Positions 49,901 to 62,220 of a DNA stretch of 64,000 bases are shown here, in pieces. The number at the start of each line of letters is the position of its first letter. Position 1 is the first letter of the stretch. Source of the DNA: Negaprion brevirostris. Its lineage: Eukaryota. The stretch is taken from positions 38,535,680 to 38,599,679 of the forward strand of contig JARDVH010000031.1 of NCBI GenBank assembly GCA_030324005.1, written 5' to 3'. The notes below the pieces were generated by a model. It saw nothing but the letters and a program-made list of their open reading frames with translations. It did no database searches and was not told the origin of the DNA. Both the position numbers and the translations under genes were made by a program.

Positions 49901-52123
49901 TCTTGTGGACAAAGGTCAATCGGGCTCCTATAACTGACACAAAAATGAAAGTCACCGGCCTTGAAGAAGGACTGGCATATGAATATCGTGTGTATGCTGA
50001 AAACATTGCTGGTATTGGTAGACATAGTAAGGTTTGTGAACCTGTTGCAGCAAGGGACCCCTGTGATCCTCCAGGTCAACCTGAAGTAACATACATTACA
50101 AGAACCTCTGTTTCGTTATCTTGGACCAAGCCAGAATATGATGGTGGTGCTAAAGTTACTGGTTATGTTATTGAATCTAAGGAGCTGCCTGATGGACGCT
50201 GGCTTAAGTGTAATTTTACTAATGTCCAGGAAACATATTTTGATGTTACTGGTCTGACTGAAGATCAACGTTATGAATTCCATGTGATTGCAAAGAATGC
50301 TGCAGGGTTATTCAGTGAACCATCTGAATCAACAGGGCCCATTACTGTTAAGGATGATATGGAAGCCCCAAGAATTATGATAGATGCCAAATTTAGAGAG
50401 ATTGTTATTAAGGCAGGTGAGACTGTCAAGGTTAATGCAGATATTGCAGGTCGTCCTCTTCCAGTGATATCATGGACAAAGGATGGTAAAGAGCTTGAAG
50501 GACAAGCTAGAGTTGAAATCCAATCAACTGACACCAACACTGCAATTATTATTAAGGACTGTATTAGGCGAGATTCAGGGCAATATATTGTGACATTGCA
50601 GAATGTTGCAGGTACAAGATCCCTGGCTATTAACTGCAAGGTACTTGACAGACCAGGCCCACCTGCTGGTCCTTTGGAAATAACTGGTTGCACAGCTGAA
50701 AAGTGTTCACTGTCATGGGCACCTCCTCAAGAAAATGGAGGAGCAGAAATCGATCACTATATTGTAGAAAAGCGTGAAACAAGTCGCCTTGCTTGGACTT
50801 GTGTAACAGAAAACGTACCAACAACATCATGTAAAGTGACTAAACTGCTTAAAGGTAATGAGTATATTTTCAGAGTGATGGGAGTGAACAAGTATGGAGT
50901 TGGTGAAGCTTTAGAGAGTGAACCTATAAAAGCCATTGATCCATTCACAATTCCCGATGCACCAAAATCAATAGAAATTACCAATGTTACAAAGAATACC
51001 ATGACCATCTGCTGGGAAAGACCTGACAATGATGGCGGGAATCCAATTTCTGGATATATAATTGAGAAGCGAGAAAAGAATGGTTTACGCTGGACTCGAG
51101 TTACTAAGAAACCTGTGTATGATCTAAGAGTTAAAGCATCAGGGCTCCGTGAAGGTGCTGACTATGAATATCGTGTACATGCAGAAAATGCTGCTGGTGT
51201 TGGTCCTCCAAGTGAACCATCAGCATTTGTCCGTGCAGAAGATCCAGTTTTCATACCTTCTCCTCCATCCAAACCAAAAATTATTGATTCAGCAAAGACG
51301 AGCATTACTATTGCATGGACAAGGCCACTGTTTGATGGTGGAGCACCTGTCACTGGATACAATGTGGAATATAAAAATTCTGAAGATACTGAATGGACAA
51401 CAGCAGTTCAGAATTTAAGAGGCACAGAATACACAGTACTTGGACTTACATCTGGAGCAGAGTATGTTTTCTGTGTACGATCAGTTAACAAAGTTGGTGT
51501 TAGTGAACCAAGTCAATCATCTGACCCACAGATTGCAAAAGAAAGAGAAGAGGAACCTGCATTTGATGTTGATAACGAAATGCGCAAAACTTTAATTGTC
51601 AGGGCTGGAAGTTCCTTTACGCTACCTGTGTCTTTTAGGGGAAAACCAGTGCCCAATGTAGTGTGGAGCAAACCTGATGTCGACCTCCGTGTAAGAGGGA
51701 CTATTGATACTAATGATTCATGTACCTCCTTAACAATAGAAGAAGCAACAAGGAATGACTGTGGTAAATACACAGTAACACTGCAGAATGTCCTAGCTAC
51801 TGCCACATTAACATTAGCTGTCAAGGTCCTGGATTCACCTGGACCTCCTGGCCCTATTATTATGAAAGAAGTTACCAAGGCATCTGTAACGTTGTCCTGG
51901 GATGTACCAGAAAATGAAGGCGGTGCTCCAGTGAAGAATTATCATATTGAAAAACGTGAAGCTAGTAAGAAGGCATGGGTCACTGTAACAAACAACTGTA
52001 ACCGTCTTACTTACAAAGTTAGCACCTTACAAGAAGGCGCCATGTACTACTTCCGTGTCCGGGGTGAAAATGAGTTTGGCATTGGTGTACCAGTTGAGAG
52101 CAAGGAAGGTGTTAAAGTGACAG
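34916..52123 (+). CDS. ttn: Titin giant A-band exon (last Fn3 of C2, complete C3-C7, Ig + Fn3 of C8; 58 domains); equivalent of human exon 326
   Basis: CAG|VPGPPSNPRVVD...EGVKVT|GTAATT; stop-free frame across N gaps at 41986-42085, 44952-45008 and 47138-47246; super-repeat period about 3246 nt. Confidence 0.97.
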
Positions 52124-52567
52124 GTAATTTATCAATTTCTTACAATCTTTTGAACATTTAATAATTAATTATGAACTATAATACTTTGCCATGTTGCAAA
52201 ACATAGTGTTCATATTCTTCACATTATATTACAGCATTAGTAACAGAGCTTTGCATAATTTCCTAAGGGTTATGTGTTAGCAATTTCAGCTCAGGCTTTT
52301 ATATAGCGATAAAGAAAAAGGCCTCTTTTTCCTCTTGACTCCACAGTAATGTTATATCAAATTTTTGTTTTAAAAACTATTGGCAATCGTTGCTAGGTGC
52401 CAGTGGCTGCTGAACAATCCTGGGTGGAGCAATTCTGGCACAGGTTCACTTGTGTCATGTCCAATTTTTCAAAGGGAGCTTGATCCAGCAATTAATAAAT
52501 CTCATTTATATTTGTCAGGGGCCTAAAATAGTTTTTGACAGAGACGTTTGAAATGAAGTTTGATGCG

Positions 52568-52782
52568 TAGAAACCACAGAATCCTGAAAGTGAAGAAGAC
52601 CATTCAGCCCATCGATTCTGCACCAATTCTCCGAAACAGCATTTTACCCAAGTCCAACCCCCGCACCTATCCCCGTAACCCTGTACATTTACGATGGCTA
52701 ATTCACCTAACCTACAGATCTTTGGGTACTAAGGGGCAATATGGCATGGCCAATCCACTGGATCTGCACATCTTTGCACTGG
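52568..52782 (-). mobile_element. HE1-like SINE 3' half
   Basis: CAGAATCC...AGACCATTCAGCCCATCGATTCTGCACC...ACCTATCCCCGTAACCC...GGCCAATCCAC...GCACATCTTTG is the reverse of the HE1 body and tail. Confidence 0.8.
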
Positions 52783-53264
52783 GTTGGATGTTATTTAGGT
52801 TGGAATTAATATTCAGAAAGTGAGGTCTACTTTTTATCTCATGATGCTATAGAATGTGGGACATAGATTTTCTCTTCTCATTCTGATTTAATTAACTCTC
52901 AATCTTGACCAGTTCATTTGGTGCAGATATCATGTGAATGAGGGGCGCATCCAAAAGTGGAAAAACATATATCTGCGAGTTTGTCAACCAGTTTTTTGTG
53001 AAATTTGTAGAAGTATAAAAATATTGAACACCAAGGAACATGTTTTCTGTTTGTGCTCTGAAATTGGGCATGTTTTATGTTTGGAAAAATTAGGAAGGAA
53101 ACCGAAGGAAATAACATAGAAGATAAAAATGAGAGAACTGTGTTAAGCATTCTACTTGTAAATTATTATATTATCGGCATTTTTAATTTAGGCATAGTAT
53201 GATAAAATCTGGAAACTGCACCTGACATTGACAGGCTAAGAAGTAATATTATTTATTTTTCCAG

Positions 53265-53561
53265 AAAAACCAAGTACACCTGAACGACTTGGAGTTACAA
53301 ATGTTACCAAAGAGAGTGTTTCACTTGCTTGGTTGAAACCAGAACATGATGGAGGCAGTAGGATCACAAGCTACCTCATAGAAGCCCTTGAAAAAGGCCA
53401 GCAAAAATGGATTAAATGTGCAATTGTGAAGACCACACACCATGTTATACATGGTTTGAAGGAAAATGTTGATTATTTCTTCAGAGTATCTGCTGAAAAT
53501 CAAGCCGGCCTAAGTGATCCAAAGGAAATGCTTCTGCCAGTAACAATTAAAGAACAACTTG
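53265..53561 (+). CDS. ttn: Titin exon, Fn3
   Basis: CAG|EKPSTPERLGVTNV...TIKEQL|GTTAGT; 297 nt. Confidence 0.96.
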
Positions 53562-53706
53562 GTTAGTATTATTTATATTATAGTAATGACATTCTGTCAG
53601 ACAAGCAGCTATAATTTACATGATTGGCCATTTTTTCATTTATTGCAGTTTAAGCTTTACAATTCATTTACAAAACCAAAACTGATATTTTTAAAATTTA
53701 TTTCAG

Positions 53707-54409
53707 AGTCACCTGAAATTGACATGAAGAACTTTCCACACAACACTGTGTACGTTAGGGCTGGATCCAACCTAAAATTTGAAGTCCCAATATTGGGCAA
53801 GCCACAGCCAAAAGTATCTTTGTCCAAAGATGGTGTAACTGTGAAGTCAACCATGAGATTTAACACAGAAATGACTTCAGAAAGCATGATCGTGAACCTG
53901 AAAGAAAGTGTTGCTGGTGACGCTGGTCGGTACGACATTACTGCTGCCAACTCCAGTGGAACCACAAAATCNNNNNNNNNNNNNNNNNNNNNNNNNNNNN
54001 NNNNNNNNNNNNNNNNNNNNNNNNNNNNNNNNNNNNNNNNNNNNNNNNNNNNNNNNNNNNNNNNNNNNNNNTGGAACCACAAAATCATTTGTTAATATTG
54101 TGGTGCTGGATAGACCTGGACCTCCAGTGGGCCCTGTAAATATTAGTGATGTTACTGAAGATAGCGTAACGCTAAGATGGCAACCACCAACTTATGATGG
54201 TGGCAGTCAGGTAACAAATTACATTGTTTTGAAAAGAGAAACAAGCACTGCTGTGTGGTCAGAAGTGTCTGCTACTGCAGCCAGAAGCATAATCAAAGTT
54301 ATGAAGCTGACTACTGGAGAGGAGTATCAGTTCCGCATCAAAGCTGAGAACCGCTTTGGAATCAGTGACCACATTGACTCTAAATGCGTTGTAGTCAAAC
54401 TACCATACA
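53707..54409 (+). CDS. ttn: Titin exon, Ig + Fn3 (true length about 588 nt; artefactual 100-N gap with 15-nt overlap)
   Basis: CAG|ESPEIDMKNFPH...GTTK[gap]SFVNIVVLDRPG...VKLPY|GTAAGT; TGGAACCACAAAATC is duplicated either side of gap 53972-54071. Confidence 0.93.
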
Positions 54410-54509
54410 GTAAGTAACTTACTGAGCAATAAAATGAAATTGAATACAGCAAAAAAAACATTATTCATTTTATCGATTCACTATTCACACAGTTAACTGT
54501 ATTTTCCAG

Positions 54510-54812
54510 CAACACCTGGACCTCCATCAACTCCATGGGTCACTCATGTCACCAGAGAGAGTATAACTGTAGGCTGGAATGAGCCAGTTTCTGATGGTGG
54601 AAACCAAGTGATTGGATATCATGTGGAGATGAAAGACAGGAACAGCATTTTGTGGCAGAAAGTTAATAAGACCATTGTCCGGACAACACACTTGAAGGTC
54701 ACAAATATCAGTGGTGGACTTATCTATGAATTCCGTATATATGCAGAAAATGCCGCAGGCGTTGGCAAAGTCAGCCATCCTTCTGATCAAGTTCTTGCAA
54801 TTGATCCTTGTG
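54510..54812 (+). CDS. ttn: Titin exon, Fn3
   Basis: CAG|TPGPPSTPWVTHV...LAIDPC|GTATGT; 303 nt. Confidence 0.96.
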
Positions 54813-54935
54813 GTATGTATTCACTTAAATTGCCCTTCTATTTAAACAAAAGTAGAATTGAATTATTGCTTAGATTAAGCCACTATTTGCATATATGATT
54901 GAATAATTACATTTTAATTCATGTTCATTTCTCAG

Positions 54936-55232
54936 AAATTCCAACAAATCTACATGTAAAAGATGTTACAAAGACCTCCGTAAGCCTCAGTTGGAAAAAA
55001 CCAGCCTATGATGGTGGAAGCAAAATCACTGGCTATATTGTTGAAAAACGCGATTCGCCAAATGGAAGATGGACAAAGGCCAGCTTTACAAATGTTATTG
55101 AGACTCAGTTTACTGTCTCAGGCTTGACTCAAGATGCAAAGTATGAGTTCCGAGTATTTGCAAAGAATGCAATTGGTTCAATAAGTAATCCATCTGAAGT
55201 TGTTGGACCTGTGACATGCCACGATACCTTTG
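54936..55232 (+). CDS. ttn: Titin exon, Fn3
   Basis: CAG|EIPTNLHVKDV...TCHDTF|GTAACT; 297 nt. Confidence 0.96.
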
Positions 55233-55328
55233 GTAACTTTCTTTCTGACCATAATGTATCTACACATGAAGAATCATTTTGTGTGTAGGGCTTCTATTGA
55301 TATCACTGTTGTTAATTTTGATTCATAG

Positions 55329-55616
55329 GTGCACCTGAAATTGACATGCCAATGGAATATTTAGATGTGGTCAAAGTTAAGGCTGATACATCTCTGAAGA
55401 TTAAAGTTGGAATCTCTGGCAAGCCTCTACCATCCATTGATTGGTACAAAAATGGTAAAGAACTTGAGACAAGCTCTCAAGTCTCCTTGGAAAGCACAAC
55501 TGACTCTGCAGCGGTAATAATCAAGGATGCCTCTCGGATCAACAGCGGAAGCTATGAAATCAAGCTTAAAAATGCCTTGGGCTCAGCATCAGGAACAATC
55601 AGACTACTCGTACTCG
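55329..55616 (+). CDS. ttn: Titin exon, Ig
   Basis: TAG|GAPEIDMPMEYL...IRLLVL|GTACGG; 288 nt. Confidence 0.95.
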
Positions 55617-55704
55617 GTACGGTCTTGTGTGCTGATAAATTGAAGGCTTTTTTCCAATTGTACATTTTTCAGAAATTACTTGACACATTTCCTCTGTTTC
55701 ACAG

Positions 55705-56004
55705 ACAAACCTGGACCCCCAACTGGGCCTATACAATTCAAGACTGTTACAGCTGAGAAGATTACAATCACATGGACTGCTCCAACAGATGATGGTGGTG
55801 CACCGATCATGCACTATATTGTTGAAAAACGTGAGACAAGTCGAGTTGTCTGGACTCTCGTTTCAGAGAAGTTGGAACATTCTATCATTACAGTACGAAA
55901 TATCATCAAAGGCAATGAATATGTGTTCCGTGTCCGAGGTGTCAACAAGTATGGTGTTGGTGATCCATTGGAATCTGATGCAGTCATTGCTAAGAATGCA
56001 TTTG
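55705..56004 (+). CDS. ttn: Titin exon, Fn3
   Basis: CAG|DKPGPPTGPIQF...IAKNAF|GTAAGA; 300 nt. Confidence 0.96.
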
Positions 56005-56089
56005 GTAAGATAACAACACCATTTTGTCCACTGGATGCTCTTCCTAATTGCTGCATGAAGGTTAATTTTTAAACTTCTCTTTTCAATAG

Positions 56090-56392
56090 TTACACCCGGG
56101 CAGCCATCCATGCCTGAAGCTACCATGATAACGAAAGAGACAATGACTGTCATCTGGAAGAGGCCCACTGTTGATGGCGGCAGTGAAATCAATGGCTATA
56201 TCTTGGAAAAACGTGAGAAAAAGAGTCTGCGATGGTTTAAGGTCCTTAAGGAAGCAATCCGTGACACCAGACAAAAGGTTTCTGGCCTTACAGAAGGAAA
56301 TGAGTATCAGTACCGTGTGTGTTCCCTTAATGCAGCAGGAGCAGGCCCATTCTCTGAACCTTCTGAATTCTATAAAGCTGCTGATCCAATTG
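56090..56392 (+). CDS. ttn: Titin exon, Fn3
   Basis: TAG|VTPGQPSMPEA...KAADPI|GTATGT; 303 nt. Confidence 0.96.
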
Positions 56393-56494
56393 GTATGTAA
56401 CAGTAATATGAAACGTTGAAATTTTGCAAATATTAAGTAGTTGGCAACAATGCTTTACATGATCACACATTAAAACTTTCATTTTATTTTGCAG

Positions 56495-56800
56495 ACCAAC
56501 CTGGTCAACCGACTAAACTGAAGATTGTGGACAGTACTAAATCTTCCATCACTCTTGGCTGGACCAAACCTGTCTATGATGGTGGAAGCGTAATTACAAG
56601 CTATCTAGTGGAAATGAGGGAAGCTGAAGAAGAGCAATGGACAGTAGTTACTTCTAAGGGTGAAGTCAGAACCACAGAATATGTTGTGTCCCATTTAAAA
56701 CATGGTGTAAACTACTACTTCCGTGTCAGCGCTGTTAACATTGCTGGTCATGGAGAACCAATTGAAATGGCAGAACCTGTACAAGCTAAAGATATACTTG
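56495..56800 (+). CDS. ttn: Titin exon, Fn3 (end of C8)
   Basis: CAG|DQPGQPTKLKIVD...QAKDIL|GTAAGT; 306 nt. Confidence 0.96.
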
Positions 56801-56916
56801 GTAAGTTTATGATATTTAGAATGCATTGGAAAAGAAATATATATACATATATACATACAATCAAAAATAAAGGATATTTCCTAATATATGTATATATGAT
56901 CATTTATATTCTGCAG

Positions 56917-58683
56917 AAGAGCCAGAGATCGATCTTGATGTTGCACTCAGAACTTCTATAACAGCAAAGACCGGTGAAGATGTAGAAATTATGATACCTT
57001 TCAAAGGCCGTCCTACTCCAAATGTCATCTGGAGAAAGGGTGAGAAAAATATAAATGCTGACGAAAGATATGTCATCCACAATACCGAGTCATCTACAGT
57101 TCTCACTATTCCTGAGGTCACCCGTGAAGATTCCAGCAAGTACACTTTGACAATTGAAAATGGTGTTGGAGCACCCAAGTCAGCATTTGTAAATGTAAAA
57201 GTCCTTGCTTCTCCAGGACCTTGTCAGAAATTACATATTAAGCATGTAACCAGAGGCATTGTCACGTTAGTTTGGGAGCCACCTCTTATTAATGGCGGTG
57301 CTCAAATTACCAATTATGTCATTGAAAAAAGGGATGCAACAAAGAGAGCCTGGTCAAGTGTTACAACTAAATGTTCCAGCACAACATTCAAGATTACCAA
57401 GTTGTCAGAAAAGAACGCATTCTTTTTCCGGGTACTAGCAGAGAATGAAAATGGATTGGGTGAACCATGTGAAACTTCAGAAGCAGTGAAAGCCACAGAG
57501 GTACCAGGACCAATCAAAAATCTTGTGATGAAAGACTCAACAAAATCTTCTGTTGTGTTAGAATGGAGCAAACCTGACTATGATGGAGGTAGTCTAATTA
57601 CAGAATATGTAATTGAAAAGAAATTAAAAGAAGATCAAGAATGGTCACCTGCTGGAACTTGCAAGGCCTGCATATTTGAAATTACCAAATTAAAGGAGTT
57701 AGCAGTAATGGAATTCCGGGTGTTCGCTAAAAACGAAAAGGGATTAAGTGATGGTGTTACCAGTAACCCTATCACTGTGAAAGATTACGTCATTACACCT
57801 GAAGCAGACTTAAGTGACGTACCAGGAGGACAAATAAGTGTAAGAATTGGACACAATGTACATGTTGAACTGCCATACAAAGGTAAACCACGACCAAGTA
57901 TCAAATGGCAGAAAGATAATATCACATTAAAAGAAAGTGAACAAATCCGGTACACTAAAACAGAAAACAAAGCCACATTAAGTATTAAGAATGTTAAGAA
58001 AGAACATGGTGGGAAGTACACCTTAATTCTGGATAATGCAGTTTCCAGAAAGTCGTACAGCTTTACAGTAATTACATTGGGTCCACCATCAAAGCCTATA
58101 GGACCAGTTAGATTTGATGAAATCAAATCTGAAAGTATCATAATATCATGGGATGCTCCTCAAGATGATGGAGGAAGTGAGATTACATCATACAGTGTTG
58201 AAAAACGTGAAACTTCACAAACCAATTGGAAACTGGTCTGTTCTAGTGTGGCCAAAACAACCTTTAAGGTCCTCAAACTGGTTAAAGATTTAGAGTATCA
58301 ATTTAGAGTTTGTGCTGAAAATAGATATGGAGTAAGTCAGCCACTTACCTCAATGGCTGTTTTGGCAAAACATCAATTCAGGCTTCCTGGACCACCTGGA
58401 AGACCTGTTGTATACAATATTACTTCTGATGGTATGACAATCTCATGGGATGCACCAGTGTATGATGGAGGTTCAGAAATCACCGGTTATCATGTTGAGA
58501 AGAAAGAAAGAAACAGCATCTTATGGCAAAAAGTAAATACATTGACAATTACTGGCAGAGAATACAGAATTTCAGGACTTATTGAGGGCCTGGACTATCA
58601 ATTCCGAGTTTATTCTGAAAATAGTGTTGGATTGAGCCCCGTTAGTGAGGCAAGCAAATTCACTTTGGCTGTCTCACCAGTTG
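56917..58683 (+). CDS. ttn: Titin exon, 6 domains (Ig-Fn-Fn-Ig-Fn-Fn; start of C9)
   Basis: CAG|EEPEIDLDVALR...LAVSPV|GTAAGT; 1767 nt; NAGNAG acceptor. Confidence 0.96.
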
Positions 58684-58791
58684 GTAAGTAACTTATTTTT
58701 GTAAAGTATAATACTGAATTCATCTTTGTGTTTACTTCTTTGTGCATCAGACCATGAAAGATAATATTGATTATTTGTATACTTCCATCAG

Positions 58792-59085
58792 ATCCACCTG
58801 GTATGCCAGATTATATTGATCTGACAAGAGAAACTGTAACACTTAAGTGGGATCCACCACAACGTGATGGTGGAAGCAAGATTGTGGCTTATAGTGTTGA
58901 AAAGCGACAAGGAGGTGGACGTTGGCTGCGGTGCAACTTTATTGATATTTCTGAATGCCAATATACAGTATCAGGTCTTAGCCCTGGTGATCGTTATGAA
59001 TTCCGTATAATTGCTAGGAATGCAGTTGGAACAGTCAGTCCACCTTCTCAATCATCAGGACACATCATGACAAGAGATGAAAGCA
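58792..59085 (+). CDS. ttn: Titin exon, Fn3
   Basis: CAG|DPPGMPDYIDL...MTRDES|GTAAGT; 294 nt. Confidence 0.96.
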
Positions 59086-59203
59086 GTAAGTACTGAAAAA
59101 AGAACCTAACTATTTTACATACGGGATAGTAGATATTTATTATGTCTTTGAAGTTTTACTTAGTCAGTTTAACTTTGTAATTATTTAACACATTCTTTTA
59201 CAG

Positions 59204-59491
59204 TTGCACCAACAATTGAATTTGGTGCTGAACACTTCGAAGGTGTGACAGTAAAAGCTGGTGACAGCATCCGGCTCAAGGTGCATATTAAAGGCCGTCC
59301 CCTGCCTCAGGTGACCTGGTATAAAGATGGAAAGGAAATTGACAAGAAATTGATGATTGATATCACGAATGTTATTGGGTCTAGTTCTGTCTTCGTTAGA
59401 GACAGCAATCGAGATCATCGTGGTATATACACTGTGGAAGCCAAGAATGCTTCAGGCACCAAGACAGCTGATATTCATATCAGAGTTCAAG
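59204..59491 (+). CDS. ttn: Titin exon, Ig
   Basis: CAG|APTIEFGAEHFEG...IHIRVQ|GTATTT; 288 nt. Confidence 0.95.
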
Positions 59492-59624
59492 GTATTTGGA
59501 GGAAATTGACAGCTTGAAAACCTACTCTAAATTTTCAAAAGTTTATTTACTATTCTTGGTAATACAATTATTTTGGTTCTCGATAGATCACTTGCACGTC
59601 CCTAACAATTCTGGTTTTATTTAG

Positions 59625-59924
59625 ATACCCCTGGACCACCGGTAGGACCTATTCGATTTAGCAACATTACAGGCGAGAAACTTACATTGTGGTGGATTCC
59701 CCCCGATAATGATGGCTGTGCTGTTATTAGTCATTACGTGATTGAGAAACGAGAGACCAGTCGACTTTCTTGGGCATTGGTCAATGATACGTGTGAAGCC
59801 TGCTCATACACCGTCACCAAGCTGATTAAGGGGAATGAGTACCAGTTCCGTGTCTCGGCTGTCAACAAATTTGGCACTGGCAGACCAATAGATTCAGTGC
59901 CAGTTATTGCACAGACACCATACA
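59625..59924 (+). CDS. ttn: Titin exon, Fn3
   Basis: TAG|DTPGPPVGPIRF...IAQTPY|GTACGT; 300 nt. Confidence 0.95.
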
Positions 59925-60042
59925 GTACGTGTGTTTCACAATTTATAATTTATATTTAAGAGTTTTCCTCGCATTTTTGTCAAACTTTTGCTGGTTATAA
60001 CTTATCAAACCAGTCCTAATTAGATAACTTTTTGTTTCACAG

Positions 60043-62109
60043 CTGTACCTAATGAACCTGGTACTCCAGAACCAACCAATGTTTCAGGAGAAACTATCAC
60101 ACTTACTTGGTCAAGGCCAATATCAGATGGAGGAAATGAAATTAACCACTACATCCTCGAACGGCGTGAGAAGAAGAGTATGCGATGGGTCAAGGTTTCT
60201 AGCAAAAGACCCATTACTGAAACCAGATACAAAGTTGCTCATCTTACAGAAGGAAATGAATATGAATTCCGTGTCATGGCTGAAAATAATGCTGGAGTTG
60301 GTCCTCCAAGTGGTATTTCCAGACTTATTAAATGTCGAGAACCAGTTAACCCACCAGGTGCTCCCACAGTTGTCAGAGTCACAGACACAACAAAGACATC
60401 TGTAAGTTTGGAATGGACTAAGCCTGTCTTTGATGGTGGCATGGAAATTATTGGCTATATAATCGAGATGTGCAGAACTAGTCTTGAAGAGTGGCGTAAG
60501 GCCAACATAGAAGCTTGTGTCAACACCAAATACACAGTTACTGACTTGGAACCTGGTGAAGAATATAAATTCCGTGTCTGTGCTGTTAATGGTGCAGGAA
60601 AAGGAGACAGCTGTGAAGTTTCTGCTCCAGTACAAGCTATAGATAGGTTAACTTCACCTGAAATTGATATTGATGCCAGTTTCAAACAAATACATATTGT
60701 TAAAGCTGGAGCTACAATTCAGCTGCAAGTTGCCTTCCAAGGCAGACCAGTTCCTATTGCCACCTGGAAGAAAGCAGGTTCTCCCATTGGAGTGCATGTT
60801 CATATTAATACAACAGACACGAGCAGTGTATTAATGGTGGAGAACTGCAATAGGTATGATGCTGGAAAATATACTCTTACTCTAGAAAACAACAGTGGCA
60901 GCAAATCTATTACATTCACTGTTAAGGTACAAGACACTCCTGGTCCACCGGGACCAATTACCTTCAAAGATGTTACGAGAGGTTCTATTACACTGATGTG
61001 GGATCCTCCTGTTCACGATGGAGGTTCACAAGTTCATCATTATGTTGTGGAAAAGCGTGAAGCCAGCAGGCGTAGTTGGCAAGAAATTAGTGGAAAGTGC
61101 ACTCGGCTGATCTACAGGGCACAAGAACTTGCAGAAGGAGTGCCATACTTCTTCCGTGTAATAGCAGAAAATGAATTTGGTCTTGGTGAGCCATACGAAA
61201 TGACAGAACCTATAGTAGCCACCGAGGAGCCAGCCCCGCCTAAGAGGCTGGATATTGTTGACACAGGCAGAACGTCTGCCGTCTTGGCTTGGTTGAAACC
61301 AGAGCACGATGGTGGCAGTCATATTACTGGTTATCTAGTGGAGATGAAGCAAAAAGGTTCAGATCACTGGGTTGAAGATGGACACACCAAAGCCCTTACT
61401 ATCACAGTTGATGGACTTGTTGAAAACACAGAATATGAGTTCCGTGTCAGAGCAAAGAACGATGCTGGCTACAGTGAACCAAGGGAGGCATTTTCATCTG
61501 TTATTATTAAAGAACCACAGATAGAGCCCAAAGCAGATTTATCTGGAATCACCAATCAAACAATCACCTGCAAAACAGGCAGTGCCTTTACTATAGATGT
61601 GCCTATTAGTGGACGTCCGGCTCCTAAGGTAATGTGGAAACTTGAGGAGATGAGACTTAAGGAAACTGAGAGAGTGAGTATCAAAACCACAAAAGAGAGA
61701 ACCACACTGACGGTAAAGGACACTATGCGAGGTGATTCTGGCAAATATTATTTGACACTTGAAAACACAGCAGGAGTCAAGACCTTCACTGTAACTGTTA
61801 ATGTTATTGGTCGACCGGGTCCAGTTACTGGTCCTGTAGAAATCACATCCATTTCAGCAGAGTCATGCGTACTGTCATGGGCAGAGCCCGAAGATGATGG
61901 TGGCACTGAAATTACCAACTACATTGTGGAAAAACGTGAATCTGGTACTACTGCCTGGCAGCTCATCAATTCCAGTGTAAAACGTACTCAGATTAAAGTT
62001 ACTCACTTGACAAAGTATATGGAATACAGCTTCCGAGTCTGTTCAGAGAACAGATTTGGTGTCAGCAAACCTTTGGAATCAGCACCTGTGGTTGCTGAAC
62101 ATCCATTTG
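60043..62109 (+). CDS. ttn: Titin exon, 7 domains (Fn-Fn-Ig-Fn-Fn-Ig-Fn; C9/C10 boundary)
   Basis: CAG|VPNEPGTPEPTNV...VAEHPF|GTAAGT; 2067 nt. Confidence 0.96.
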
Positions 62110-62220
62110 GTAAGTGAAAAAATGCAAACCATTTTGTAGTGCTTTTGTTTAAACATGCACCTAAAGAATGAGATCTGACAACAAAAAACTTGCTAATTTT
62201 GTTTTTTGGTTATTATGTAG

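Noticed and set aside
35118-51878. Dozens of minus-strand ORFs (60-187 aa) opposite the giant exon and other exons
   Set aside because: Antisense shadows of the titin frame: they recur with the super-repeat period, are rich in S/T/L/G from reverse-complemented codons and show no domain-like content.
34888-52161. 5757-aa single-exon gene
   Set aside because: It is an internal titin exon; the ORF start and stop lie in flanking introns beyond clear splice sites at 34916 and 52123.
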